Below, in pieces: positions 10,375 through 20,562 of a stretch of 64,000 bases of DNA (positions are counted from its first letter, which is position 1; each line of letters starts with the position of its first letter). Made by a program: the position numbers and the translations under genes. Under the pieces are notes generated by a model that saw only the letters and a program-made list of their open reading frames with translations, was not told the DNA's origin and did not search any database. Source of the DNA: Opitutales bacterium (GTDB lineage Bacteria > Verrucomicrobiota > Verrucomicrobiia > Opitutales > PNEW01); contig CBDANS010000007.1 of assembly GCA_965197745.1 (NCBI GenBank), positions 1,216,001 through 1,280,000 on the forward strand, in the 5' to 3' direction.

Positions 10375-11367
10375 TTAACGAGCCAATTCGACGCGTTGTT
10401 GTTCTCTCCAGGAGCGTAGACCGGCATCAATAATCTCCATGGAAACGATCGCATCATTCGCCGGACTCTCGGGCTCGCGTTTACCATCGACGGCATCAAT
10501 AAAGGCCCGGTGTTCCAGGCGGTACATATCATCCCTTTCAAAAGCATGTTTTTCCGTAGTTTCGGTGCCGTCGCTGCTATCCCCCAATCGAATTAGCGCC
10601 GAACCTGAGTCATGATTTAACCATTTCCGGTCGCCAATAATTTCACACTCTGATCTACCGGGATTCTGGACAAAATTTAAGTGAATTGAAGTGAGGAAGG
10701 AATCTTCGTAATCACAGAGTATATCCATGACGTTCGGGTTGGATGTAAGCTCCAGGTCACCCCCCTGGATACCGGTTACATAAATGCCCTTGGGGCGCTT
10801 GCCAAAAAACCAATAAAAGAGATCGGGCTGATGGGCATAATCTAGAAAGAGGGCGCCTTCAATATCCCGCTGGTGGCGCGAAATTGAGTTGACGAGAGTA
10901 AGGTAGGTGCCAATACGAAAGTGAGCATGAAGGACCTTGCCCAATACGCCCTCATCGATCAAGGATTTGATGCGTGTATAGGCAGGATGAAAATGGTTCT
11001 GAAATCCAATATTGAGAATCGTTTTGGCGGATAGAGCAGTCTCACGCATCGCTTGAGCGTCTTCCAGATTATCACTCATCGGCTTTTCGCACAGGACGTG
11101 ACATCCGGCCTGTAAAGCTGCGATCGTCTGCTCTTTGTGAAAAGATTGCGGGGTGGCAATGACTACCATCTCGGGTGGATCTGCTAAAACGCTCTCGTAG
11201 TCCCCATGGTTGCGTAGGTCGCCCAGGTCCTTTCGCGCAACCTCCAGTGATACTTCACTCGGTTCGCAGATCTCTACTTCAAGATCATTGCATTCGCTGA
11301 GCAATCGTGCGTGACGGCGGCCTATTGATCCAACACCAATAACAACAATGCGTCTTTTTAGTGCCAT
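10375..11367 (-). CDS. Gfo/Idh/MocA family oxidoreductase
   Basis: GVGSIG, HVLCEKPM, DYAHQPD. Confidence 0.9.
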   Translation of the reverse strand: MALKRRIVVIGVGSIGRRHARLLSECNDLEVEICEPSEVSLEVARKDLGDLRNHGDYESVLADPPEMVVIATPQSFHKEQTIAALQAGCHVLCEKPMSDNLEDAQAMRETALSAKTILNIGFQNHFHPAYTRIKSLIDEGVLGKVLHAHFRIGTYLTLVNSISRHQRDIEGALFLDYAHQPDLFYWFFGKRPKGIYVTGIQGGDLELTSNPNVMDILCDYEDSFLTSIHLNFVQNPGRSECEIIGDRKWLNHDSGSALIRLGDSSDGTETTEKHAFERDDMYRLEHRAFIDAVDGKREPESPANDAIVSMEIIDAGLRSWREQQRVELAR

Positions 11368-12167
11368 ATACTGAACCCGCCATCGACAACCAGGTTCTGG
11401 CCGGTGACATAGTCAGAAGCAGAAGAGGCGAGAAACAGGGTCGCGCCCTTAATGTCAATTTCGTCTCGACCCATATGTCCCGCCGGGGTGCGGTCGCTGT
11501 AAGCTGTTTTGAATTCTTCAATCATGCCACGGGTGGGGCCGGTGAATCCACCGGGAGAGATTGCATTTACACAAATACCCATGGGAGAGAGGACTCCTGC
11601 CAAATCTAAAGTCATCCCAATCACCCCGCCCTTTGCTGCGGCATAATCAACGGGTTGGCCTTTCATATTGAGGCGTTCGTACATCCGCCGATCACGACCT
11701 AAAATACCGGCAATCGAGGCAATATTAATAATTTTCCCGGATTTCTGTTTTGCCATGAGTTTTGCCGCTTCCTGGCAGCAGTGAAGCGAACCTATGAGGT
11801 TTATGGTAATCAGGTTTTCTGCGTCTTTGGGCTCGCGTTCAAGAATGTGGCAGGGGCCCGAACCTTCTGATCCCCCGGCATTATTAATGAGAATATCTAA
11901 ATGACCTTTCCATGCGTGCGCTTTGGAGAAAAGAGCGCTTACCATGCTGTGGTCACTTAAATCGAGTTCCAGCGCGAGGACGTCAATACCACGCTCCTTT
12001 TTTAATTTTTCAGCTGCTGCTTCAGCGCTGGAGAGCGTCCGTGAGGTAATCACTAAATCCGCACCTGCTTCACCCAGGGCATCCGCCATATCATATCCCA
12101 GGTGTCTGGCTCCTCCCGTTATAAGCGCCACTTTGCCGTCGAGTTTAAACATATCCATAACATTCAT
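11358..12167 (-). CDS. SDR family oxidoreductase
   Basis: TGGARHLG, NNAG, YAAAK, VNAISPG. Confidence 0.9.
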   Translation of the reverse strand: MNVMDMFKLDGKVALITGGARHLGYDMADALGEAGADLVITSRTLSSAEAAAEKLKKERGIDVLALELDLSDHSMVSALFSKAHAWKGHLDILINNAGGSEGSGPCHILEREPKDAENLITINLIGSLHCCQEAAKLMAKQKSGKIINIASIAGILGRDRRMYERLNMKGQPVDYAAAKGGVIGMTLDLAGVLSPMGICVNAISPGGFTGPTRGMIEEFKTAYSDRTPAGHMGRDEIDIKGATLFLASSASDYVTGQNLVVDGGFSIWH

Positions 12168-12255
12168 TGAAGACTACTACTTAAAAATTACTTTCTTCAG
12201 GCAATCTTAAAATGGAAAGAGTAAGGGGACAAAGGATGAACCTGAAGCAGTGGAC

Positions 12256-13095
12256 CTATACCCCGGCCATCTCTTCACGGGCTACTCTTAAAATCTCATC
12301 GTCGGAGACTTTATGCAGAGGCGTATAAAACGGGCTTTTACCATCTTTCCTGTAGGGCTCATTGTCAGCCCGGTTATAGGTGCATACGAGCAACCAGCGA
12401 TGATATTGAGATTCATTGGCCGAGGATGAATGCAGAAGATTACAATGAAAAAACAATGTATCACCAGGTTCTAATTCACAATAGATAAGCTCATGGCGTT
12501 TGATCGCCTCTTCGACCCGTTCGGGATCCGTTCCCGTCTGGACATCGGGATTGTGTCCTCCCTTTGCAAAAACCTGTAAAGTCTTTAATAATTTAGAATC
12601 ACTCATGCCTTCGGTGCCTCTCATCGTGAGATCAATTCGCCCCATTTTATGCGATCCTTTCAGTACCTGCAGGCATCCATTTTCTCTATTGGCTCGCTCG
12701 ATTGCGATCATACAACTGATTGCGTCTGGTCGCAAGAGACCGCCTTTATACCAATAGGGATAATCCTGATGCCATTCAACCGCGCCTCCTACTTCAGGTT
12801 CTTTATACATGATCTTGCTGTGCCAATTGTAAACTTCGCCCTCGAGTAAAGCTTCCACGGCATTGACCAGGCTTTCGCTGCGCGAAATCACACCGTAAAG
12901 ATCGTCGCACTCCTCGGTCCAGGAAATACGTTTGCTAATTCGCCCCTCACTATCTACCTGGGTAAGGGGGGTATCCTTCATCTGTCTGTCGTGACGACAT
13001 TTTTTACTCAGTAGTTCCATTACCTCATTATTAAAGAATGAGGGTATGATCAGATAGCCATCCTCATGGAATTGCTTTATTTGCTGTTTATTCAT
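12256..13095 (-). CDS. PhyH/EctD-family Fe(II)/2-oxoglutarate dioxygenase
   Basis: WHQD, NGCLQVLKGSH, FFHCNLLHSS. Confidence 0.9.
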   Translation of the reverse strand: MNKQQIKQFHEDGYLIIPSFFNNEVMELLSKKCRHDRQMKDTPLTQVDSEGRISKRISWTEECDDLYGVISRSESLVNAVEALLEGEVYNWHSKIMYKEPEVGGAVEWHQDYPYWYKGGLLRPDAISCMIAIERANRENGCLQVLKGSHKMGRIDLTMRGTEGMSDSKLLKTLQVFAKGGHNPDVQTGTDPERVEEAIKRHELIYCELEPGDTLFFHCNLLHSSSANESQYHRWLLVCTYNRADNEPYRKDGKSPFYTPLHKVSDDEILRVAREEMAGV

Positions 13096-13171
13096 TATCT
13101 GTGGTATCCCGCATCAACCCTATGAATCGTGGTTTAAAGTAATTTTGATTTCTGTATATTTCAAATCAATA

Positions 13172-13987
13172 TTATGACTTCACCGGTTCGATAAATGCGT
13201 AGTTCTCTAACCATTCTATCCATTGCTGGCGCTTAGCGCTTCCCTCGACATTCTCCAACCAATACGGATGGAATTGAGGATTTTTAAATGGAGCCTGATT
13301 TTTTTTATTTATGACCGCTAACTCTTTAGCCGCAGCTATTTCTTCTGCCTTCTTCGGGTTTTTATAATAATTAAGCGAGCACATCCGGCGATCAGTCGTG
13401 CCGCCCCAGGCTGCGTGCCATAGGCGAAAGTCAAAGGCTATGACATCGCCCGGTTCAGAATTACAGATGTGAGCGGGAATATCATTTATCTCATATCCGG
13501 AGGCATTAAGATAGGGTGAATCAGGGCCCCGCAATTTGATCTCGAGTAACTTATCGTGAAGGGGATTTTTATGCGAGCCGGGGATGACACGCAATGCGCC
13601 ACTTTCCCCATCAACAGGTTGCAGGTAGATAAGAAATTTTATTCCATGAAAGTGGATATTTTCCACATCAGGATGCCATTCCGTGGAATTTCCTGAGTAG
13701 CGGTTGGCATTACAGAAAACTCCGACGACATCCTCACCGTAAATTTGCTCCGCTACACCAAGGAAGCGGGGATCTTCCTGTAATGATCTGAGAAATGGTG
13801 ATTCGGGTCCCATGTCTGACCATTTCAGCAGCATTAGATGATTATCAGGCCGGTCATTTAGCCCGGCCAGAATCATGCCGGCTTCAAACTCGGTGTTGAT
13901 TATTTCAAGTTCGTTCTCGCTGAAATATTGATTAAATTTAAGAAAACCAAAGGTGCAGTAAAAATCGATCTGGGTCTTTGTGAGCAT
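13172..13987 (-). CDS. PhyH-family dioxygenase
   Basis: WHPD, GALRVIPGSH, PGDVIAFDFRLWHA. Confidence 0.85.
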   Translation of the reverse strand: MLTKTQIDFYCTFGFLKFNQYFSENELEIINTEFEAGMILAGLNDRPDNHLMLLKWSDMGPESPFLRSLQEDPRFLGVAEQIYGEDVVGVFCNANRYSGNSTEWHPDVENIHFHGIKFLIYLQPVDGESGALRVIPGSHKNPLHDKLLEIKLRGPDSPYLNASGYEINDIPAHICNSEPGDVIAFDFRLWHAAWGGTTDRRMCSLNYYKNPKKAEEIAAAKELAVINKKNQAPFKNPQFHPYWLENVEGSAKRQQWIEWLENYAFIEPVKS

Positions 13988-13993
13988 CTTTTA

Positions 13994-14821
13994 CTAATCT
14001 CCCATATACCCGACTTCTTGCATCCAGTTAATCCAGCGTTGGCGTCGCGGGTCATTTTCCGTGTTTGCCGTCCATTGGGGATCATACTCGGGGCCGGGTG
14101 ATTCGTAGGTATTCCTGGCCAGATTTTCCCGGGTACTGCGAGAGAGCGTCACATCAATGGAGGTGGCTTCCTTTTCTTCAGGTGATTCTGGAACGCGATT
14201 AAAGATTAAGGTAATCAATCGACGATCTAAAGATCCGCCTGCACTGGCATGCCATAGCCTCGCATCAAAGACAATAACATCACCCGGTACTACAGCACAA
14301 CTGTAGGCGGCGACATCACCAATGCCAATACCCGCTTTTTCAATGTAAGAATCTTTTTTAAATCCACTCAATCCTATATTCAAGAGCATATCGTGAAAGG
14401 GATTTATGTGTGAACCCGGAATAAACCTGAGGGCCCCGTTATTCGCCGCTAGGGGCTGGAGGTAGCTGGCAAATTTGAGGCTATGAAAGTGAATATGTTC
14501 TGAATCGGGGTGCCAGCTCGTATCGCTAACAAAGCTACCTGAGTTGCAGGATATCCCGATAATTTCACCTTCTAAAAGTTGTGCAGCGATTTCACAAATT
14601 CTTGGATCCTCCAGTAATCCACCCGTAAAAGGAGTCTCTGGACCCAGGTTAGGCCAACTCACATACTGATGATTTCCGGTACGGGTAGTTGAACGCAGGG
14701 TATTTGACAGTTTAGATTCAAACTCGGTGTTGATTTTACTGATTTCATCAGGCTTAAGAAAATCTCGAAGGATTAAAAAGCCGAAAGTCTGATAATGGGT
14801 AAGCTGATGTTCTGTAAGCAT
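13994..14821 (-). CDS. PhyH-family dioxygenase (tandem paralog of 13172-13987)
   Basis: WHPD, GALRFIPGSH, PGDVIVFDARLWHA. Confidence 0.85.
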   Translation of the reverse strand: MLTEHQLTHYQTFGFLILRDFLKPDEISKINTEFESKLSNTLRSTTRTGNHQYVSWPNLGPETPFTGGLLEDPRICEIAAQLLEGEIIGISCNSGSFVSDTSWHPDSEHIHFHSLKFASYLQPLAANNGALRFIPGSHINPFHDMLLNIGLSGFKKDSYIEKAGIGIGDVAAYSCAVVPGDVIVFDARLWHASAGGSLDRRLITLIFNRVPESPEEKEATSIDVTLSRSTRENLARNTYESPGPEYDPQWTANTENDPRRQRWINWMQEVGYMGD

Positions 14822-14900
14822 GGTTAATTAATAGAATTATAGCTTATAGTATCAAAGTTCTGAATATATTCAATCCCTGCATCTGCCATAATGATAGATA

Positions 14901-17753
14901 TTACAGTTCGAATGGATTCCCTTGAAGAAAGGCCCATTCTATGCGAACTTCGTAAAGCCTGGGGGAGCCACAGCCATAGGGGGATACAAGGATAGCTTTG
15001 TACTGTAACCAGCGGGCATTAAAGGGAATACCGTAAAGTCTTTTTCCAGACTTGTGATAAAAGGTGTTCGAGCCGCTCCATCCATGCCATTTTTCATATT
15101 TTAGGTCCTGTTTTGTTTTAGCCCAACGAACTTGAAATTTTATTTTTAAAAGATCCGTCTCGTCAGATACCCAGTGAATACGACGGGCTCGTCTCACCCC
15201 AATTTCCATGGGAGCAGATATATAATATTCTTCCGGCTTTCGATTGAATGCGTTGCCCCGATCAAAGCTTGTCATCCCGTGGGGGCCCAATCCAGGGAAA
15301 CCTGTTCTATTCGCATTGGAATAGCCTTCAGGACTTCCCCAATAGATAAATGAATTCACCTGATGCCCCAGGTCATTGCGATGACAGCCTAATGCGATAT
15401 CAATCCAGCCGTCACGGTTTAGATCTGACTGCATGACCGCACCTGAGGCGTAACTCTCAAGATTTACGGGATTACTAAAATCAAATTGTTTACCATCGCC
15501 ATAAAATACCTGTGCCGGTGGGGTTCTCGAGGTTGGGTTGGCATAAGCGGTCGCCAGCAAATCGAGGTTGTCATCATTGTTAAAATCTGCGATCGCGGTA
15601 GCCCCTGAGCTGTACCCGGCGAGTAATTCCTGTGAATTTTCAGGGTAATATCCATCAGGGCTTCCAAAGAGAACACGAACCGTGTCTGCGTGACGGCGGC
15701 GGTGTCCAAGAATACCGACCACAATATCCAACCACCCGTCTTTATTTATGTCTGCGAGATTGGGGATCGCCGAGTCCTCCATCCCATGGCAGGGGATTTT
15801 CCAACGATTATCAGATGAATAGCCAACTGAGCTCCCCAGATATATTAATATATAATTTCTCTTATCGTGAAAGAGAACATCGAGGTGGCCATCATTGTTG
15901 ACATCGCCGATGGCCGATGTGTCCCCTCTCGACTTAAATAAATTAATAGAATTTGAAATGGAAAAGCCATTTTTTGAACCTAAAAGGACCAATGATGTTT
16001 TGTCGGGATCATCAATACCAATATCTGACCCCGCGGCCACGGTCAGCAAGTCCAGGTACCCGTCTCGGTTAAAATCGAAAACTTCCAGGTCGAAATGAGC
16101 CTGATCAGTAATGACATCGGTATATAAATCATTGTTCGGGCCATCGGGTGTTCCCTTGAAGATACGTATACCTTTCGGAATGGTGAAAACCGTTTCCGGA
16201 TAGCCATCCAGATCGAAGTCAGCGATAAGTGACTGGCTGCTGTGCTTTGTAAATAATTCAATTCTATTTTCACTATTGTAGTCAGCATTCTCATTACCGT
16301 AATAAATGTAAGAGGGGATACCGCTGAGATGTCCCAGCTTAGTATTGTTGAAGACGATCTCCTGCTGACCGTCGCTGTCGAAGTCTCCAACAGTATTACC
16401 CATCGCTCCCATCGTTGGGACCCAGCTTGCTTTGTCTGGAGAAAATCCCGAAGGACCATTCCAATAAATGGGCGATTGGGTTTCATATAGATTATCATCA
16501 TTATACTTACTTATGACAAGGTCCAGATAGCCATCACCATTAAGATCCGCGGCGGTAGCCCAACGGGCATTGGGCATGGCGAGAAAAGATTGAGTAACGA
16601 GCAAATCCTCGCCCGAACGTATTTGCACCCCCTCTGAAGTAGCTAATATGAGATCATTGACGGCGTCATTATTAAGGTCGGCAATCTCTGTTCGGACGGC
16701 ATTTGAGACAAACTCGGTGCTGTGCCCGGTAGCTTTAATAATAAGTTTTCCATCCGCTCTAAATTTGCCATTGGCATTCCAATAAATTCGAACCTCCCCA
16801 CTACCGCTGAAAATGATGTCCTCCATTCCATCCTGGTTGAGATCTTTCAAAATTACCTGACGCGCGCCGTAGGTGGGGAGAATCAAGGAGCTCTTTTCAT
16901 CGACACCCTTTTCCGCTCCCCAATAAAGAATAGAATTTGTTTCCAGGTTGCTCTGACCCTCTCGATAACTGGCCAATACTATATCTAAATAACCATCATG
17001 ATTAAGATCTTCTGCCGCTATGGAAAGCGCCCCGATGGCCATGATTTTATTTGAGTCACCGGCAATTTCAAAGAGACGATTTTCACTCTGAAGATAAATG
17101 ATGACCGTCCTCGGTATTGCGGGATTATGTGTATCTTTCCAGGCGGAGGGGAAGAGGAGATCGAGTTTGCCATCACGGTTGAAGTCTACTACGGCAACAT
17201 CGTAGGCACCTGTTGTGGGCAGATCAGTCCGACTGACTTCAGGACCCTCGGGTCCCCCCCAGTAGATATAAGAGTTCAACTCAGAGGTCACACCATTATA
17301 CGAATTTACGGTTACAAGATCGGTGTAACCATCATTGTCAATGTCGACCGCCCGACTCATCCAACCACTGTCAGCGGACAGCGTTTTTTTCTTCCAATTG
17401 ATGCCTTGTCCCTGGTCTGGCGTATATACCAAGGTGGGACCGCGTTCGATTTGATCATGTGAATTCGCCAATACCAGATCGACGTAACTGTCATTGTTAA
17501 CATCATAGCTATTGATCATTTCAATAGCTCCATTGGCATTCACGTAAATGTTGGCGCCGCCGTTGCCGAACTGCCCCCGTGAGAATTTACCAAACCCGCG
17601 GTGAACCCATACCGTTTCGACTTCCTTTTTCTTTTTATTTTTCGGGAATTTAGGCCATGAGTATAATGGCGCGTTTAAGAAAAATACCATGAGCAAAGAT
17701 GCCAGGAGCATTTTTATTCTTCGTGTGCGATATGATGCGCTGAGTTTTTTCAT
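14901..17753 (-). CDS. Secreted FG-GAP/VCBS repeat protein
   Basis: Signal peptide; more than ten DxNxDGxxD repeats with YWG motifs. Confidence 0.85.
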   Translation of the reverse strand: MKKLSASYRTRRIKMLLASLLMVFFLNAPLYSWPKFPKNKKKKEVETVWVHRGFGKFSRGQFGNGGANIYVNANGAIEMINSYDVNNDSYVDLVLANSHDQIERGPTLVYTPDQGQGINWKKKTLSADSGWMSRAVDIDNDGYTDLVTVNSYNGVTSELNSYIYWGGPEGPEVSRTDLPTTGAYDVAVVDFNRDGKLDLLFPSAWKDTHNPAIPRTVIIYLQSENRLFEIAGDSNKIMAIGALSIAAEDLNHDGYLDIVLASYREGQSNLETNSILYWGAEKGVDEKSSLILPTYGARQVILKDLNQDGMEDIIFSGSGEVRIYWNANGKFRADGKLIIKATGHSTEFVSNAVRTEIADLNNDAVNDLILATSEGVQIRSGEDLLVTQSFLAMPNARWATAADLNGDGYLDLVISKYNDDNLYETQSPIYWNGPSGFSPDKASWVPTMGAMGNTVGDFDSDGQQEIVFNNTKLGHLSGIPSYIYYGNENADYNSENRIELFTKHSSQSLIADFDLDGYPETVFTIPKGIRIFKGTPDGPNNDLYTDVITDQAHFDLEVFDFNRDGYLDLLTVAAGSDIGIDDPDKTSLVLLGSKNGFSISNSINLFKSRGDTSAIGDVNNDGHLDVLFHDKRNYILIYLGSSVGYSSDNRWKIPCHGMEDSAIPNLADINKDGWLDIVVGILGHRRRHADTVRVLFGSPDGYYPENSQELLAGYSSGATAIADFNNDDNLDLLATAYANPTSRTPPAQVFYGDGKQFDFSNPVNLESYASGAVMQSDLNRDGWIDIALGCHRNDLGHQVNSFIYWGSPEGYSNANRTGFPGLGPHGMTSFDRGNAFNRKPEEYYISAPMEIGVRRARRIHWVSDETDLLKIKFQVRWAKTKQDLKYEKWHGWSGSNTFYHKSGKRLYGIPFNARWLQYKAILVSPYGCGSPRLYEVRIEWAFLQGNPFEL

Positions 17754-17999
17754 TAAGATTTAATTGATGAATACCAATTCCTGAACCGCAGATCCCGGGG
17801 ATTGTAATTGAGATTTATGTGTTTGTTAGGGAAAAGAAAAATAAGGTTTAGTAATATATGCCTTTATATGTGTGATCTAATAGTAAGGCTGAACCAGCAG
17901 GAAATCAATTAATAGATAGTGGCAAGGTAATCATAGTTCCTGTTTATGGAATACATTATTAATTGACACCATTTGTAAATCTTCGAAAAGATCAATTTC

Positions 18000-19712
18000 A
18001 TGGATAATCTGGGTTCATATTCCCCTCGCGGGGATCAGAGAATTATTTATATCAGCGATCCTTCCTCTATTGTTCGCAGTTATCTGCCGGAAGAACCTGG
18101 AGAAGAGGATTTGAGAAATTGGGTTGACGAATTGGCTGACGCCGGGGTGGACACTTTTATTCAGGAAGCTTATACTCAGGGATGGACTACTTATTGGCGC
18201 TGTGACCGCTTCGAGTATGATAAGCGCCCACAACATCGGTGTTTTCTCCCCCTGATGGAAGTGGGGATACAGCCGCTGGAAGTGCTCCTCAACCAGAGTC
18301 ATAAACGGGGTATGCAGTTTATAGCCGGGTTGCGTATCAACGATGACCACGGACATATATCAGCTCAACAAGGTGTGGGATCGGGTTCGCGATATATTAC
18401 CGAAAATCCCCAATGGAAAATTAATGAATTTCCACCGGGAGACGCCTATAAATTAAGTAACTTTATTGATTTTACGTTTCCGGAAGTAAGAGACTATGTT
18501 ATTTCCGTAGCAGAAGAAATGGTGAAGCGCTTTGACCTGGACGGTCTGGAACTCTGCTTCAGGGACAGGATCTATTTCCCCGCAGGCAAAAGCCGAGAGC
18601 GACAATCGCTAATGACTGACATGGTGAAGCAGGTTCATGATGTGCTTAAAAGCGAAAGCCAGAATAAAGGCAGGAACCTCAAGCTTGGGGCAAGAGTTTT
18701 TCAGACGATTGAAGAGTGTCATAACATGGGACTTGATGCTCCCACGTGGATTGCCAATGGCTATCTCAACTATATATCGCCAAGCGATCAAATGAATTCA
18801 GACATTAACGCTCCCTATGATGAGTTTACCGCGTTAACCCGTGCTCAGGACAGGTCCTTCAACGATGCTCAGGGCAGGCCTTGTTACCTGTATCCGGCTA
18901 TCCTTCCCTGGATGAGCAACCGATCGGAGCGCAGGTTAAACCGCATGCCGATTTCTATAGAACAACAGCGCGCCATTGCGCAAAACTACTATGGTGCCGG
19001 CGCTGATGGTATCTCCATTTATAACAATTTTGTTTCCAATGACTGGGCGCCATTCTATCCTATGCAGCTTTTCGAGTTAGACGAATTACGTGATCCCGAT
19101 CGTGTTGCCAAAGGGAGAAAACATTACGTTTTTGAACCCATTTGGGGAGGGTGCACTTACACTGAGTTGGATTGTGCCGTCACCGGTAGTGTCAAAGCGG
19201 ACAAGATTGTCCTCAAACGAAGCGAGATTGAAAAGAGTGGAAGTTACCGATTTCGTATTTGTGAAGATGTGAGCAAGGCCCGCAAAGCCTCACTCTTATT
19301 CCGTGCCGGTTATATGACCCTCGAAGATCAAATAAAGGTGTGCATCAATGATCAGGAGATACCTCAATCTGCAATAAGACGCACCGATAGTGAAAAACGC
19401 ATTAGAGCAGAGCCTATGGAAACCGCAACGGATAGGGCCATTCGCATGCTGAAAGAGGGAGGTGACACAGTAGTGGTACATGACAGCACGAAAAAAGGTG
19501 ATACTTTTCTCCATGACCCGGTGAGCACAGGCAAGGGACACCCCATCATACAAAAAGATATCGATCGTCCTTCCACAACCTGTTGGTTCGAATTGAAGTC
19601 CCCACCCGAAATCTACGGCGATAACTGGCTGGAAGTGATATTGACAACGGGTAATCCACAATCTAGCGAAGACATCATTATAGATGAAATTGAAGTATGG
19701 GTCTATTATTGA
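18000..19712 (+). CDS. Glycoside hydrolase-like TIM-barrel protein (GHL10/DUF187-like)
   Basis: LRINDDH, DFTFPEVRDY, FDLDGLEL, GADGISIYN. Confidence 0.6.
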   Translation: MDNLGSYSPRGDQRIIYISDPSSIVRSYLPEEPGEEDLRNWVDELADAGVDTFIQEAYTQGWTTYWRCDRFEYDKRPQHRCFLPLMEVGIQPLEVLLNQSHKRGMQFIAGLRINDDHGHISAQQGVGSGSRYITENPQWKINEFPPGDAYKLSNFIDFTFPEVRDYVISVAEEMVKRFDLDGLELCFRDRIYFPAGKSRERQSLMTDMVKQVHDVLKSESQNKGRNLKLGARVFQTIEECHNMGLDAPTWIANGYLNYISPSDQMNSDINAPYDEFTALTRAQDRSFNDAQGRPCYLYPAILPWMSNRSERRLNRMPISIEQQRAIAQNYYGAGADGISIYNNFVSNDWAPFYPMQLFELDELRDPDRVAKGRKHYVFEPIWGGCTYTELDCAVTGSVKADKIVLKRSEIEKSGSYRFRICEDVSKARKASLLFRAGYMTLEDQIKVCINDQEIPQSAIRRTDSEKRIRAEPMETATDRAIRMLKEGGDTVVVHDSTKKGDTFLHDPVSTGKGHPIIQKDIDRPSTTCWFELKSPPEIYGDNWLEVILTTGNPQSSEDIIIDEIEVWVYY

Positions 19713-19751
19713 TTAAATTAGTTTTTTATAATCCTGGAATTAATTAATAAA

Positions 19752-20534
19752 ATGAGTCCAGTAGAACTGATTCTCGATCAAGGTTATTGTGTGTTGGAAG
19801 GGATCATCCCTGATAAAAAAGTAAGTTCCGTAAAAAATGACATAATTGAGGCGGCGGATAAATTTGGAAGAAAAAGCCCAAAAAATACTTATCTGGCAAC
19901 GACTATAAATCATACTCAGTCCTTTGTCCCTTACGTGGCTGATCCACGCATGATGGCTATCGTTGAATCATTTTTTGGGTCCCATGCACGGGTATCGTCC
20001 ACTTCGACCCAAATCAGTGAACCGGGAAACGAACGCGGGGATTGGCACTCGGATTGGCCCTTTTGCCCTTTTAACGCCGGGCATATTCAAAAACCCATAC
20101 CGGACACGGTAATGCATTTAACCACGCTCTTTATGCTTGTTGATTTTACGGAAAAAAATGGGGGCACCCGAATGAGACCCGGCAGTCATAAGTGGGGCAC
20201 TAATCCTACTTACGATAATGAGTATAAATATGATGACTATGAGGATCAAGTGCAAGGAGAGGGTCCGGCTGGTAGTGTTCTCATCATGGATAGCAGATTG
20301 TGGCATTCCATTGCTGTAAACAGATCGAATGAACGACGAGTAGCCCTGGTCGTACGTTATGCGCCCTGGTGGTTGAACCTGGATGTCTTGATGCCAGGAA
20401 CGATGGAGCGGAAAATAATTGTCGATGAACCGGGCATTTACGGAAGTTCTTATCCTGCTTTGTCGGAAGAAGCTTATAGTCGCATAATTGATGTTGCCAA
20501 ACCACTCTTTCGACACTGGATTCAAGCTCACTAG
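19752..20534 (+). CDS. PhyH-family dioxygenase
   Basis: WHSDWP, NGGTRMRPGSH, DSRLWHS. Confidence 0.85.
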   Translation: MSPVELILDQGYCVLEGIIPDKKVSSVKNDIIEAADKFGRKSPKNTYLATTINHTQSFVPYVADPRMMAIVESFFGSHARVSSTSTQISEPGNERGDWHSDWPFCPFNAGHIQKPIPDTVMHLTTLFMLVDFTEKNGGTRMRPGSHKWGTNPTYDNEYKYDDYEDQVQGEGPAGSVLIMDSRLWHSIAVNRSNERRVALVVRYAPWWLNLDVLMPGTMERKIIVDEPGIYGSSYPALSEEAYSRIIDVAKPLFRHWIQAH

Positions 20535-20562
20535 AGAATATTTTCATAATCTGTAAATCATT

